In this document: in pieces, positions 38,527-47,111 of the stretch
How positions within the stretch are numbered: the first letter of the stretch is position 1
How the letters are laid out: every line of letters begins with the position of its first letter
From: an uncultured Verrucomicrobiae bacterium
GTDB lineage: Bacteria > Verrucomicrobiota > Verrucomicrobiia > Limisphaerales > Palsa-1400
NCBI GenBank assembly: GCA_963764165.1
Contig: CAVXRD010000002.1
Span: 1,376,001-1,440,000, forward strand
Direction: 5' to 3'
Length of the DNA: 64,000 bases
Notes under the pieces: model-generated
Told to the model about the DNA's origin: nothing
The model's database searches: none
The model's input: the letters and a program-made list of their open reading frames with translations, nothing else
Position numbers and translations under genes: made by a program

Positions 38527-39411
38527 CTACTGCTTGATCTTGCCGTGAAAAAAATCGTCCTCGAACTTGGCCAGCTCCTTGTTGAGCTTTTTAAGATCTG
38601 TTCCCGCCGGGACGATGAAAGCAGCCCAAGCCGGGCGCGTCGGCATTTTGTCCAAGGCGTCGAAAAGCATCCGAATTCCGTCGGTGCCGAGCGCGCAGTT
38701 AAGGCCGTCCAATGCTCCCGCTTTTACCGCCGCGTTCCATTCTACGGGTGTTAAGAAATTATTGATGGGTTGCAGTTTGTCGCCGGCTCCGGTGAGCTTG
38801 GCCGAGTATTTGGCATAATAACCCAAATAATGGTGGGACATATTGATTGCCATCAGCATTCCCATGATCTGATTGAAAAACCCAGTCGCGTCGTCCAGCG
38901 CATCATCCGTCCAAAAGCGCGCATCCGTGATCGCGGGAATCGGAGCGGCCGGGTTGCCCGCGTAAGTGTGGGCCAAATTGGCGATGTAGTCGTTGTAAAA
39001 TCCCTTCTGAATCTTATCAGCGGCCTTGGCGTGGCACAAATGGTTGATGAGATCTATGAAACCCGCCGAGAGTTCCACTTGCCGCTGGACATGGCTGTCA
39101 TCCGAAGTCGCGACGGGAGCAATCAATGGCGCATCCTGGGCCTGCAACGTAATCGCCTGCGCGTCAATTTGATCTGAATACTTCTGGGGCAGCGCGTCGT
39201 GGAGGTCGCCACCCAGTTTGATAGCGACGCTGAATCCCGTTTTGTAAGCGTGCTCCGGCTCGGCGCCAAAGGCCAAAGCAGTGCAGCCGAGCGCAAGGAT
39301 AATAGCAATAAAGCGCGGGCGAGTGTAATTGCGCCCATGCTTGACTCTTAAGGTCCTCGTGCGCGTCTTTGACCGGACTACCGCTGCTGAAACTAAATCC
39401 AACACAGACAC
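38527..39411 (-). CDS. secreted M48-peptidase-like protein lacking HExxH
   Basis: Signal peptide FIAIILALGCTALAFG; VELSAGFI and LMAINMSHHYLGY; GTG start approximate. Confidence 0.6.
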   Translation of the reverse strand: MSVLDLVSAAVVRSKTRTRTLRVKHGRNYTRPRFIAIILALGCTALAFGAEPEHAYKTGFSVAIKLGGDLHDALPQKYSDQIDAQAITLQAQDAPLIAPVATSDDSHVQRQVELSAGFIDLINHLCHAKAADKIQKGFYNDYIANLAHTYAGNPAAPIPAITDARFWTDDALDDATGFFNQIMGMLMAINMSHHYLGYYAKYSAKLTGAGDKLQPINNFLTPVEWNAAVKAGALDGLNCALGTDGIRMLFDALDKMPTRPAWAAFIVPAGTDLKKLNKELAKFEDDFFHGKIKQ

Positions 39412-39567
39412 AACGGGGCCGATGCTACTTATCGGCCACGCGCCGTGCAACCGGAAATTTGAAAATTTTGCTTTACCGCGCTCCCATCCGCCGCCACTCG
39501 CCGAATTCGGGCGGGAGTTCCAAATCTGCGTTGCGCCCCGAGAGAAAGAATGCCATAACATCCGCCC

Positions 39568-40749
39568 ATGCAATACCGGCGATTTGGTCGAACCGAACTG
39601 GCGATGCCTGTCATCTCGTGCGGCGGAATGCGCTACCAGCACAAATGGGAGGACACTCTGCTTTCGGAGATTCCGCCCGATAACCAGGCCAACCTGGAAG
39701 CGACGATTCACCGTGCGCTGGAACTCGGCATCAATCATATTGAAACGGCGCGCGGTTACGGAACTTCGGAAATGCAATTGGGCCAGCTTTTGCCCAAGCT
39801 GCCGCGCTCCAGGATGATCATCCAGACCAAGGTGGCGCCCCAGGCCGATCCCGGTGAATTTTGCAAGATTTTTGACCGCTCGATGAAATATCTGGGGTTG
39901 GACTACGTTGACCTGCTTTCGCTCCATGGCATTAACCAACGGCAGCTTCTCGATTGGTCTTTAGGAAAGAATGGCTGTCTTGCGGCGGCCCGGCGCTTGC
40001 AGAAGGAAGGGCGCGTTCGTTTCGTCGGATTTTCGACGCACGCCACCCCGGACATTATCCTCGAGGCGGTGCAAACGGGCGAGTTCGATTACTTCAACGT
40101 CCACTGGTATTTCGTCAACGAATTGAACTGGGCATCCATCGAAGCGGCGCGAAAGCTGGATATGGGCGTCTTCATCATCAGCCCGAACGACAAAGGCGGG
40201 AAGCTCTACGAACCGCCGCCCAAACTGGTGGAGCTTTGCGCGCCGCTCTCGCCGATGGCGTTTAATGATCTTTTTTGCCTGGCCCGCCTGGAAGTTCACA
40301 CTTTGAGCTGCGGCGCGGCACGTCCGCAGGATTTCGACGAGCACATTCGCGCGCTCGAACATTACGATCGCGCCGCCGAGATCACGGCACCTATCGAGAA
40401 ACGCCTGCGCGCGGAGATGGACAAGGCGTTGGGGCCGGATTGGTGCAAGACATGGTTTGCGGGATTGCCCGAATACGTGGACGTTCCCGGCGAAGTGAAC
40501 GTGGTGGAAATTTTGCGATTGTGGACTTACGCCAAGGCGCTTGATTTGGTGGGATGGGGCAAGATGCGTTACAACTTGCTAGGGCAGGCGGGCCACTGGT
40601 TCCCCGGCCAGAACGCCAGCCATGTCGACGAGGCGAAGCTGCGCCCGCTTCTGCAAAAAAGCCCGTTCCGCGACCGCATTCCGGAAATTCTGCGCGAGGC
40701 TCACGATCTGCTGTTGGACGAGCCCAAGAAACGCCTGAGCCAGAGTTAA
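39568..40749 (+). CDS. aldo/keto reductase family protein
   Basis: [40 protein letters not shown]. Confidence 0.93.
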   Translation: MQYRRFGRTELAMPVISCGGMRYQHKWEDTLLSEIPPDNQANLEATIHRALELGINHIETARGYGTSEMQLGQLLPKLPRSRMIIQTKVAPQADPGEFCKIFDRSMKYLGLDYVDLLSLHGINQRQLLDWSLGKNGCLAAARRLQKEGRVRFVGFSTHATPDIILEAVQTGEFDYFNVHWYFVNELNWASIEAARKLDMGVFIISPNDKGGKLYEPPPKLVELCAPLSPMAFNDLFCLARLEVHTLSCGAARPQDFDEHIRALEHYDRAAEITAPIEKRLRAEMDKALGPDWCKTWFAGLPEYVDVPGEVNVVEILRLWTYAKALDLVGWGKMRYNLLGQAGHWFPGQNASHVDEAKLRPLLQKSPFRDRIPEILREAHDLLLDEPKKRLSQS

Positions 40750-40833
40750 GGCTGGCCAGCCTTCGAGCGCAGGGCAGACCCATCTTAATTCTTGTCATCT
40801 ATTGAAAATAAACGAGCGACCTGCTCGTTGATT

Positions 40834-40891
40834 GGCAGGGACGCTTCGCCGAGGCGTCCCGACCTCGGAATTCGGATGCGTCTGCCCTGCC
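40834..40891. repeat. degenerate family-A REP/REPIN
   Basis: GGCAGGGACGCTTCGCCGAGGCGTCC ... GCCCTGCC. Confidence 0.7.
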
Positions 40892-40901
40892 TCCAGGCGC
40901 A

Positions 40902-40930
40902 TTGACAGATGCGGTCCCGGGGGCTACGGT
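40902..40930 (+). promoter_or_regulatory. sigma70 promoter of tRNA-Glu
   Basis: TTGACA-N17-TACGGT, 12 nt before the tRNA. Confidence 0.6.
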
Positions 40931-40942
40931 GTCGGCTCAAAT

Positions 40943-41017
40943 GGCGCGTTCGTCTATCAGTTAGGACACGGCCCTCTCAAGGCTGAGAGACGGGTGCGAT
41001 TCCCGTACGCGCTACCA
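40943..41017 (+). tRNA. tRNA-Glu(CUC)
   Basis: Acceptor GGCGCGT/ACGCGCT, anticodon arm CGGCC-CTCTCAA-GGCTG, T arm ACGGG-TGCGATT-CCCGT, encoded CCA. Confidence 0.95.
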
Positions 41018-41035
41018 CCTTTTCGCGGACCTCCC

Positions 41036-41686
41036 TTAGCGTCGTGAAATTATTTTCGCCGCCATCTTCAAATCGTCGACGAAGGATTTCATTTGCGCGT
41101 GGCGGGACTCTTCGTCCGGGGCACGAAGAATTGAAGAGGGATGGACGGTTGCCATCACGTGATCCGCCAGTTCTGATTCGATCCATTCGCCGCGGCGCTC
41201 GGTTACTTTGAAACTTCGACCCAACAGGGCTTGGGCGGCAGTTGCTCCAAGGCAGATCAAAACCTTCGGCTTCAATGCCTCCATTTCGGCATTCAACCAC
41301 GGACGGCAGGCTGCGATTTCGCGCGGACTGGGCTTTTTATGAAGCCGCCGCTTGCCGTGCGGCTCCCATTTGAAATGTTTGACGGCGTTGGTGACATATA
41401 TCCGGCCGCGCGTGATTCCAGCCTCCGCCAGCGCGCGATCCAGCAACTTTCCCGCGGGCCCGACAAATGGTTTGCCTGCCAAATCCTCGTCATTGCCGGG
41501 CTGCTCCCCCACCAGCACGACGCTCGCGCTGGCGGCGCCTTCGCCGAATACCGTTTGAGTTCCTTTTTCCCAGAGCGGACAGGCCCGGCAGTATGCGGCC
41601 GCGCTTCGCAGTTTGGAGATGGAGTACGGCTTCGCGATGCCGGGAATTTCCTCTGGATTCGTTACTGGCTTCACATCCTTCATCAA
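41036..41686 (-). CDS. udgX: UdgX-type uracil-DNA binding protein (family 4 UDG)
   Basis: CxxC, VGEQPG, PFVGPAG, TNAVKHFK, KRRLH loop, TVHPSSILR. Confidence 0.9.
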   Translation of the reverse strand: MMKDVKPVTNPEEIPGIAKPYSISKLRSAAAYCRACPLWEKGTQTVFGEGAASASVVLVGEQPGNDEDLAGKPFVGPAGKLLDRALAEAGITRGRIYVTNAVKHFKWEPHGKRRLHKKPSPREIAACRPWLNAEMEALKPKVLICLGATAAQALLGRSFKVTERRGEWIESELADHVMATVHPSSILRAPDEESRHAQMKSFVDDLKMAAKIISRR

Positions 41687-42930
41687 CCTTCGTGCCCAAG
41701 AATTTGTCTGGCCGCGCGCAATCCGCTCTCCAACGCGCCAAAAGTTGTTCCCGTTTGCGCGTCTGAAATCGTGGCTTCGCCCGCGAAGAACAGAGTTTCT
41801 TTGACAGGATCGGCCAGAAGTTTTGGAAGTTCCAATCCATTAACAGGGATATAACTGTAGGCGCCCCGGATTTCCGGGTCTGCCGCCCAATTTTGAAAAT
41901 AGCAGTTCGCCAGCCTCGCCCGCAGCGCACCGGCTTTGTCGGACATCACGCGGGCCAGGGAATCCAGCGCCTGGGAAACCAGCGCCTCCTTGTCCAAATG
42001 CAGAAGTTTGTCCGCTGCCGGGCCGCCAGCCCATGCGGTGAGGATTAAATCCGACGTTTCCCACCATGTTGGAAACGGCTCGTTAAAGGCGTGGAGAAAA
42101 CCGAAAGGCTTGCCCCACCATCTTTCCCGGAATTCGAGTATTAATTTGACAACATTGCCGAATTCGAGCTGCTCAATCGCGTCTTTCTTGGTGGCGAGCG
42201 CCGGATGAAAAGAAACTGTTCCTGCTTTCAGCGCACCCAGCGGAAGTGTTATCAACGCCGCGTCGGCTTCAAGTCGGGCGGTCGTTCCTTCTCGCGCGGC
42301 TGCGACCTCAATTTTGCCGGGTTGCCAATCGATGCGGGCGACTTTTGTGTCGAGCAGGAGGACGCCGTTGGCTGCTTTGATCTGCTGCGCCAAAAACTGA
42401 ATCAGCGCGCCATAACCTTCTTTAATTCGCGCCTGCCACGATCCATCCATTTGTTCGGAAGAATAGGTGAGGCGCAGAATGGAGTGGGCGCTGATGCGCT
42501 GCGAATCAGCGGCGTTAAAGCCCTCCACGTATCCCCGCGCCCAGCTTTTGGCGCGCGAATCCAATTCTGGCGCATCAAGGATTTTCGCAAACGGCGCGTC
42601 GTGTTGATGAGAATCAATCCGATCCATCGCGGCATCCACTTTGTCCCAAAACTTGACCTTGTTGAGTGCCCCGTTTTCGAAGACGTGAATCTCGCAAGAT
42701 GCCTTGAGTGTCGTCAATCCGGCCTCGGAAATGAGTTTTAGAAGGGTCGGGCTGCGGCCATGGACAAATTCCGCTCCGAGCTCAACGGGAGCGCTGCCGG
42801 CAACGGTATGAATGCGACCGCCCAAACGAGACTTGGCTTCCAAAACAGTTACCGCAATGCCGCGGCGCGCCAGTTCCGAGGCCGCGCCAAGTCCGGCAAT
42901 TCCTCCTCCGATCACAATTACAGATTTCAT
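41683..42930 (-). CDS. flavin monoamine oxidase family protein
   Basis: VIGGGIAGL, LEAKSRLGGRI, ELGAEFVHG, GAYS, FFAGEAT, GALESGLRAA. Confidence 0.92.
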   Translation of the reverse strand: MKSVIVIGGGIAGLGAASELARRGIAVTVLEAKSRLGGRIHTVAGSAPVELGAEFVHGRSPTLLKLISEAGLTTLKASCEIHVFENGALNKVKFWDKVDAAMDRIDSHQHDAPFAKILDAPELDSRAKSWARGYVEGFNAADSQRISAHSILRLTYSSEQMDGSWQARIKEGYGALIQFLAQQIKAANGVLLLDTKVARIDWQPGKIEVAAAREGTTARLEADAALITLPLGALKAGTVSFHPALATKKDAIEQLEFGNVVKLILEFRERWWGKPFGFLHAFNEPFPTWWETSDLILTAWAGGPAADKLLHLDKEALVSQALDSLARVMSDKAGALRARLANCYFQNWAADPEIRGAYSYIPVNGLELPKLLADPVKETLFFAGEATISDAQTGTTFGALESGLRAARQILGHEG

Positions 42931-42940
42931 TTGTGTGAAC

Positions 42941-43729
42941 TTATTTGGAAGCCAGTTCAAGCTGGCGAGAACTGGTTTCCTGGCTCTCCAATTCAGACAA
43001 CGAAACACCACATAGCTGCCCCAGCAATTTTGCATTCTTCGGAGCGCGCACGTTCAGGTCGTTGTTGAAAAAAGCGAACACCCGTTGGCCCTTCGCAGCC
43101 TGTTCTTTGATTCGGGTGGCCCATGGCGAAAGTTCGTCCGGCGTGTAGTCGTGCCGGGGACCTCCAGACAAACCATGAAACCGGATGTATGCGAAGTCCG
43201 CGGTGACGGAAAAATCCTCGGGCATTTTCATCGAGCTGGCCCAGACAAGGGCGGCGTTGAAATCCCGCAGCAGGCTTTTCGTTTCCGAGTCCAGCCATGA
43301 CAGATGCCGGAATTCAAAGGCATGGTCAAAGTCCTTGGGGAGCAAACGCAGAAACTTTTTGAGCCGCGTTAGATCCTTTTGAAAATTCGGCGGCAATTGC
43401 CACAGAAAGGGGCCGATTTTCGCCCCCAGCGGGCGGATGCGCCGGAAATATTTGTTGACGCTGCCGTGAAGCTCGTTCAGCCGCTTGATATGCGTGATGA
43501 ACCGGCTGCCTTTGATGGCAAAAACAAAACCCCGCGGAGACCTTTCCCTCCAGCCATGAACCATGCCCAAAGTTGGCAGCCGGTAAAAAGTCGCGTTGAT
43601 TTCCACCGTGCGAAAATGATCGGAATAAAAGGAGAGGTGGTCTCGTTTCTTGGCCAATTGATAGAAATCTCCGGCCCATTCCTTGTACTCCCAGCCGCTT
43701 GTGCCGATAAAGATTTGACCAGTCGCCAT
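42941..43729 (-). CDS. DUF72 family protein
   Basis: IGTSGW, VEINATFY, QLPPNF, EFRH.SW, YIRFHG, FFNND. Confidence 0.92.
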   Translation of the reverse strand: MATGQIFIGTSGWEYKEWAGDFYQLAKKRDHLSFYSDHFRTVEINATFYRLPTLGMVHGWRERSPRGFVFAIKGSRFITHIKRLNELHGSVNKYFRRIRPLGAKIGPFLWQLPPNFQKDLTRLKKFLRLLPKDFDHAFEFRHLSWLDSETKSLLRDFNAALVWASSMKMPEDFSVTADFAYIRFHGLSGGPRHDYTPDELSPWATRIKEQAAKGQRVFAFFNNDLNVRAPKNAKLLGQLCGVSLSELESQETSSRQLELASK

Positions 43730-43861
43730 ATGAGGTAATTGTTTACTTGCCTTTCATTTTACACCTCGGTGCGGGCCAGTCAAAAGGGGCATTTACCCAA
43801 GGACGCTCCAAAGACACTTGCGGAGTTGGCATATTCGGATTTTGCGGTTAAAATTCTGCTC

Positions 43862-44086
43862 GTGAAGAAAAAATCTGTCGTCAAGATCGACCCCGGCATA
43901 CTCAGTGGAACGCCGTGTTTCGCCGGGACACGTGTGCCCGTGCGGGCGCTGTTGGATTACATCGAGGGCGGGGAAACGCTGGGCGCCTTTCTCGATCAGT
44001 ATCCAACTGTCACACGAAAACAGGCCGTCGGATTTCTCGAAGAATCGGCTAGCGCTATTTTGGATAAGCCGCTCGCTGCCGCTTAG
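43862..44086 (+). CDS. DUF433 antitoxin-like protein
   Basis: DPGILSGTPCFAGTRVPV, FLDQYP; GTG start after TTGGCA-N17-TAAAAT. Confidence 0.88.
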   Translation: MKKKSVVKIDPGILSGTPCFAGTRVPVRALLDYIEGGETLGAFLDQYPTVTRKQAVGFLEESASAILDKPLAAA

Positions 44087-44419
44087 ATGCGAATTCTGCT
44101 CGACGAATGTCTGCCGAAAGGCATGGCTAAGCTCCTGGCAGATCATGTTGTTGCCACGGTGCCGCAGATGGGATGGGCCGGAGTAAAAAACGGCGAACTT
44201 CTTCGGCTCATCTCGAAATCTGGAAAATTTGACATTTTTGTCACGGTTGACAAAAAGCTCCCTTCTCAGAATCAATCCACGACGCATCCGTTCGCTATCG
44301 TTGTATTGCGGGCGAAGTCCAATCGCTTGGATGACGTGCTTAAGTTCGCACCGGAAATACTCCAAAAAATTTCCAGCTTCATGCCCGGCCACACCTACAC
44401 ATTAACAAGCTTGTCATGA
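44087..44419 (+). CDS. DUF5615/PIN-like toxin
   Basis: MRILLDECLP, GWAGVKNGELL, FVTVDK; directly follows DUF433. Confidence 0.88.
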   Translation: MRILLDECLPKGMAKLLADHVVATVPQMGWAGVKNGELLRLISKSGKFDIFVTVDKKLPSQNQSTTHPFAIVVLRAKSNRLDDVLKFAPEILQKISSFMPGHTYTLTSLS

Positions 44420-44466
44420 GAATCCCCTGAATTGACCTGGAAGATGAACCAAGCTAGCGTGGGTCC

Positions 44467-44826
44467 ATGCAAAAAGTCACTGGCATCGGCGGCGTTTTTT
44501 TCAAGGTTCGCGATCCGGCCGCCATGGCCGAGTGGTATCGCAAGCATCTCGGAATTGAATCGGCGGACGGGTACAAGGTGTTCGACTGGAATGATCCCAA
44601 GGGCGCGACTGTCTGGGCGGTTTTTCCCAAAGACGCGGAGAATTTCGGGCCCGCCACCAACAACTTCATGATCAATTACCGCGTGGCGGATATGACGGCG
44701 CTGCTGGACGAATTGCGCGGCGCGGGAATTGTCATCGAGAAACTGGAAGAGCACGAGTACGGACGGTTCGCGTGGATTACCGATCCCGAAGGCAATCGCA
44801 TCGAGCTTTGGCAGCCGCCTGCTTGA
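44467..44826 (+). CDS. VOC/glyoxalase family protein
   Basis: VTGIGGVFFK, MINYRV, DPEGNRIELWQP. Confidence 0.92.
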   Translation: MQKVTGIGGVFFKVRDPAAMAEWYRKHLGIESADGYKVFDWNDPKGATVWAVFPKDAENFGPATNNFMINYRVADMTALLDELRGAGIVIEKLEEHEYGRFAWITDPEGNRIELWQPPA

Positions 44827-44843
44827 CAGGCGCTTGAATCGTT

Positions 44844-46352
44844 ATGGCCAAGTTCGTTCTCGCCCTCGATCAGGGCACCACGAGTTCGCGGGCCATTTTA
44901 TTTGACAAGTCCGGCTCCATCAAAGCGATGGCGCAGCGGAAATTCACGCAGTCTTACCCCCAACCGGGCTGGGTGGAACATGATCCAAACGAAATCTGGT
45001 CGACCCAGGCCGGAGTCATCACCGAAGCTCTCGCTCGCGGCTCCGTGCATGCTTCCGACATCGCAGCGATCGGAATTACCAATCAACGCGAGACCACTCT
45101 CCTGTGGGATCGCGGCACAGGCGAGGCCATTGGCCCCGCGATTGTGTGGCAGGATCGCCGAACGGCTGCCTATTGCGACCAACTTAAACAGGATGGAGTG
45201 GAAGAAATGGTCCGGGCAAAAACGGGACTTGTTCTTGACGCTTATTTCTCCGCCACGAAATTGCGCTGGCTTCTGCAGAATATTCCCGGCGCGATGCGGC
45301 GGGCGCGCGAGGGCCAGCTCGCTTTCGGAACGGTGGACACATGGCTCGCGTGGAGATTGAGCGGCGGCGCAATTCATGTGACGGACGCGACGAATGCCAG
45401 CCGCACGCTTCTGTTCAACATTCACTCGCTGACCTGGGATGCTGAATTGCTAGCGCTCTTCGAAATTCCCGAATCCGTTTTGCCGGTGGTAAAGAGCTCC
45501 AGCGAAATTTACGGTGAATCAGCGGCGGAGCTTTTTGCGGCGCGAATTCCGATCGCTGGCATCGCGGGAGATCAGCAGGCGGCCTTGTTCGGGCAAATGT
45601 GCCTGCGCCCGGGCATGGTCAAACATACTTACGGCACGGGCGGGTTCATGGTGCTCAACACCGGCGCGACTGCCATCAAATCGAACCACAGCTTGCTGAC
45701 GACGATTGCCTGGCAACTCGACGGCACGGTGACTTACGCGCTCGAGGGAAGCATCTTCATGGCGGGAGCGGTGGTGCAATGGCTGCGCGACGGGCTTGGA
45801 TTGATCAAGTCATCGGCTGAGGTTGAAGATTTGGCGCAAACCGTGACGGACAATGGCGGAGTTTATCTCGTTCCGGCCTTTGCGGGTTTGGGCGCGCCGC
45901 ATTGGGATCCGTTTGCCCGCGGCACCATCACCGGCATTACGCGCGGGACGAAAGCCGGCCACTTCGCGCGCGCCGCGCTGGAGAGCATCGCCTATCAAAC
46001 CGCCGATGTGCTGGCCGCCATGCGGGCGGATTCGGGATTGGAGATTGCGGAACTGCGCGTCGATGGCGGCGCGACAACAGACAATTTACTGATGCAATTC
46101 CAGGCGGATATCCTCGGCGTCCCTCTCGTGCGTCCTAAAATTTGGGAGACGACGGCGCTGGGCGCGGCCTATCTCGCCGGACTGGCGACCGGCTTCTGGC
46201 AAAGCACGGGTGAATTGCAATCCCAATGGCAGCAGGAGCGCGTCTTCTCGCCGGCCATGGAAAAAAGCCGCGTCGATGAATTATGTCGCGGTTGGCAAAA
46301 AACGGTGCAGCGCGCGAAAGGCTGGGTTGATGCGGAGAAAACGGATAATTAA
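44844..46352 (+). CDS. glpK: glycerol kinase
   Basis: [49 protein letters not shown]. Confidence 0.97.
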   Translation: MAKFVLALDQGTTSSRAILFDKSGSIKAMAQRKFTQSYPQPGWVEHDPNEIWSTQAGVITEALARGSVHASDIAAIGITNQRETTLLWDRGTGEAIGPAIVWQDRRTAAYCDQLKQDGVEEMVRAKTGLVLDAYFSATKLRWLLQNIPGAMRRAREGQLAFGTVDTWLAWRLSGGAIHVTDATNASRTLLFNIHSLTWDAELLALFEIPESVLPVVKSSSEIYGESAAELFAARIPIAGIAGDQQAALFGQMCLRPGMVKHTYGTGGFMVLNTGATAIKSNHSLLTTIAWQLDGTVTYALEGSIFMAGAVVQWLRDGLGLIKSSAEVEDLAQTVTDNGGVYLVPAFAGLGAPHWDPFARGTITGITRGTKAGHFARAALESIAYQTADVLAAMRADSGLEIAELRVDGGATTDNLLMQFQADILGVPLVRPKIWETTALGAAYLAGLATGFWQSTGELQSQWQQERVFSPAMEKSRVDELCRGWQKTVQRAKGWVDAEKTDN

Positions 46353-46375
46353 TCTGGAACTCAGGAAATCAGGAA
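46351..46375 (+). repeat. solo copy of AATCTGGAACTCAGGAAATCAGGAA repeat
   Basis: Identical to the arms of the 57543-57706 element. Confidence 0.75.
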
Positions 46376-46442
46376 CGGAGGTTGAAATCCAGAAAGCGCG
46401 CGGATGGCTCACGATTATTTCGAACGGAATTCCTTCACGATT

Positions 46443-47111
46443 TCACTTGGCAGGCCGTCCGTAAATCTCCACCTCAGTGTAAACATTGAGGGCGCTGTCT
46501 GTGCTGCCGTGTGAATAAAGACGGACGAAACGCGCGGGCGCGCCTTTGGCATCGATTGTCTTGCCGCGATAACTCTCCACGTATTGCTTGTCCTGGCCGG
46601 CGCCAAGTCCCGTTTCGTTGGAACGATCGTTGTTGTAAATCGTCTTGACGCCGCCCGTGAAGTCACGGTCGCCGGACAATTGCACAATCACGTCGCGGAA
46701 AATTTTTGGCGTGTCGTGCGAATGCCAGATGACAATCGCATAAATTTCATTCGTGCCGCCGAGATCAAATTGCACGTATTGAGAGCCTTTTCGCAGGAGC
46801 AGCGTGCTTTCGTCCGTTGGCTCCTTGTCGCCGTCGGTGAGTTTCGCGAGATCGGCGGCGGTGACGCGTTGATCGCTGCTGGATAATTTTGCGTTAGGCG
46901 CGATGTTGCGCGCGTCCTTCGGAATCATCAGCGGCGGCGGAGGTCCCTTCTGCGCCGGTTCGAGATCGACGCCGGGCGGAAGGTCTTTCGGCGTCCCGAT
47001 AAACGAGGGCGCGGGAAGTTTCGGCTGCAGCGGGACGAGCGCATCGTCAGCCAGTGCCGAAATAAATGGAAGCGCAAGCGCCGCTGATAACATACTACGG
47101 CTTAACTTCAT
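46443..47111 (-). CDS. secreted discoidin/F5-8 type C-like protein
   Basis: Signal peptide; LTDGD, YVQFDLG, ARFVRLYS, EVEIYG. Confidence 0.75.
   Translation of the reverse strand: MKLSRSMLSAALALPFISALADDALVPLQPKLPAPSFIGTPKDLPPGVDLEPAQKGPPPPLMIPKDARNIAPNAKLSSSDQRVTAADLAKLTDGDKEPTDESTLLLRKGSQYVQFDLGGTNEIYAIVIWHSHDTPKIFRDVIVQLSGDRDFTGGVKTIYNNDRSNETGLGAGQDKQYVESYRGKTIDAKGAPARFVRLYSHGSTDSALNVYTEVEIYGRPAK

Noticed and set aside
40943..46352. Genomic island integrated at tRNA-Glu
   Set aside because: No integrase and no duplicated tRNA 3' end seen in the window
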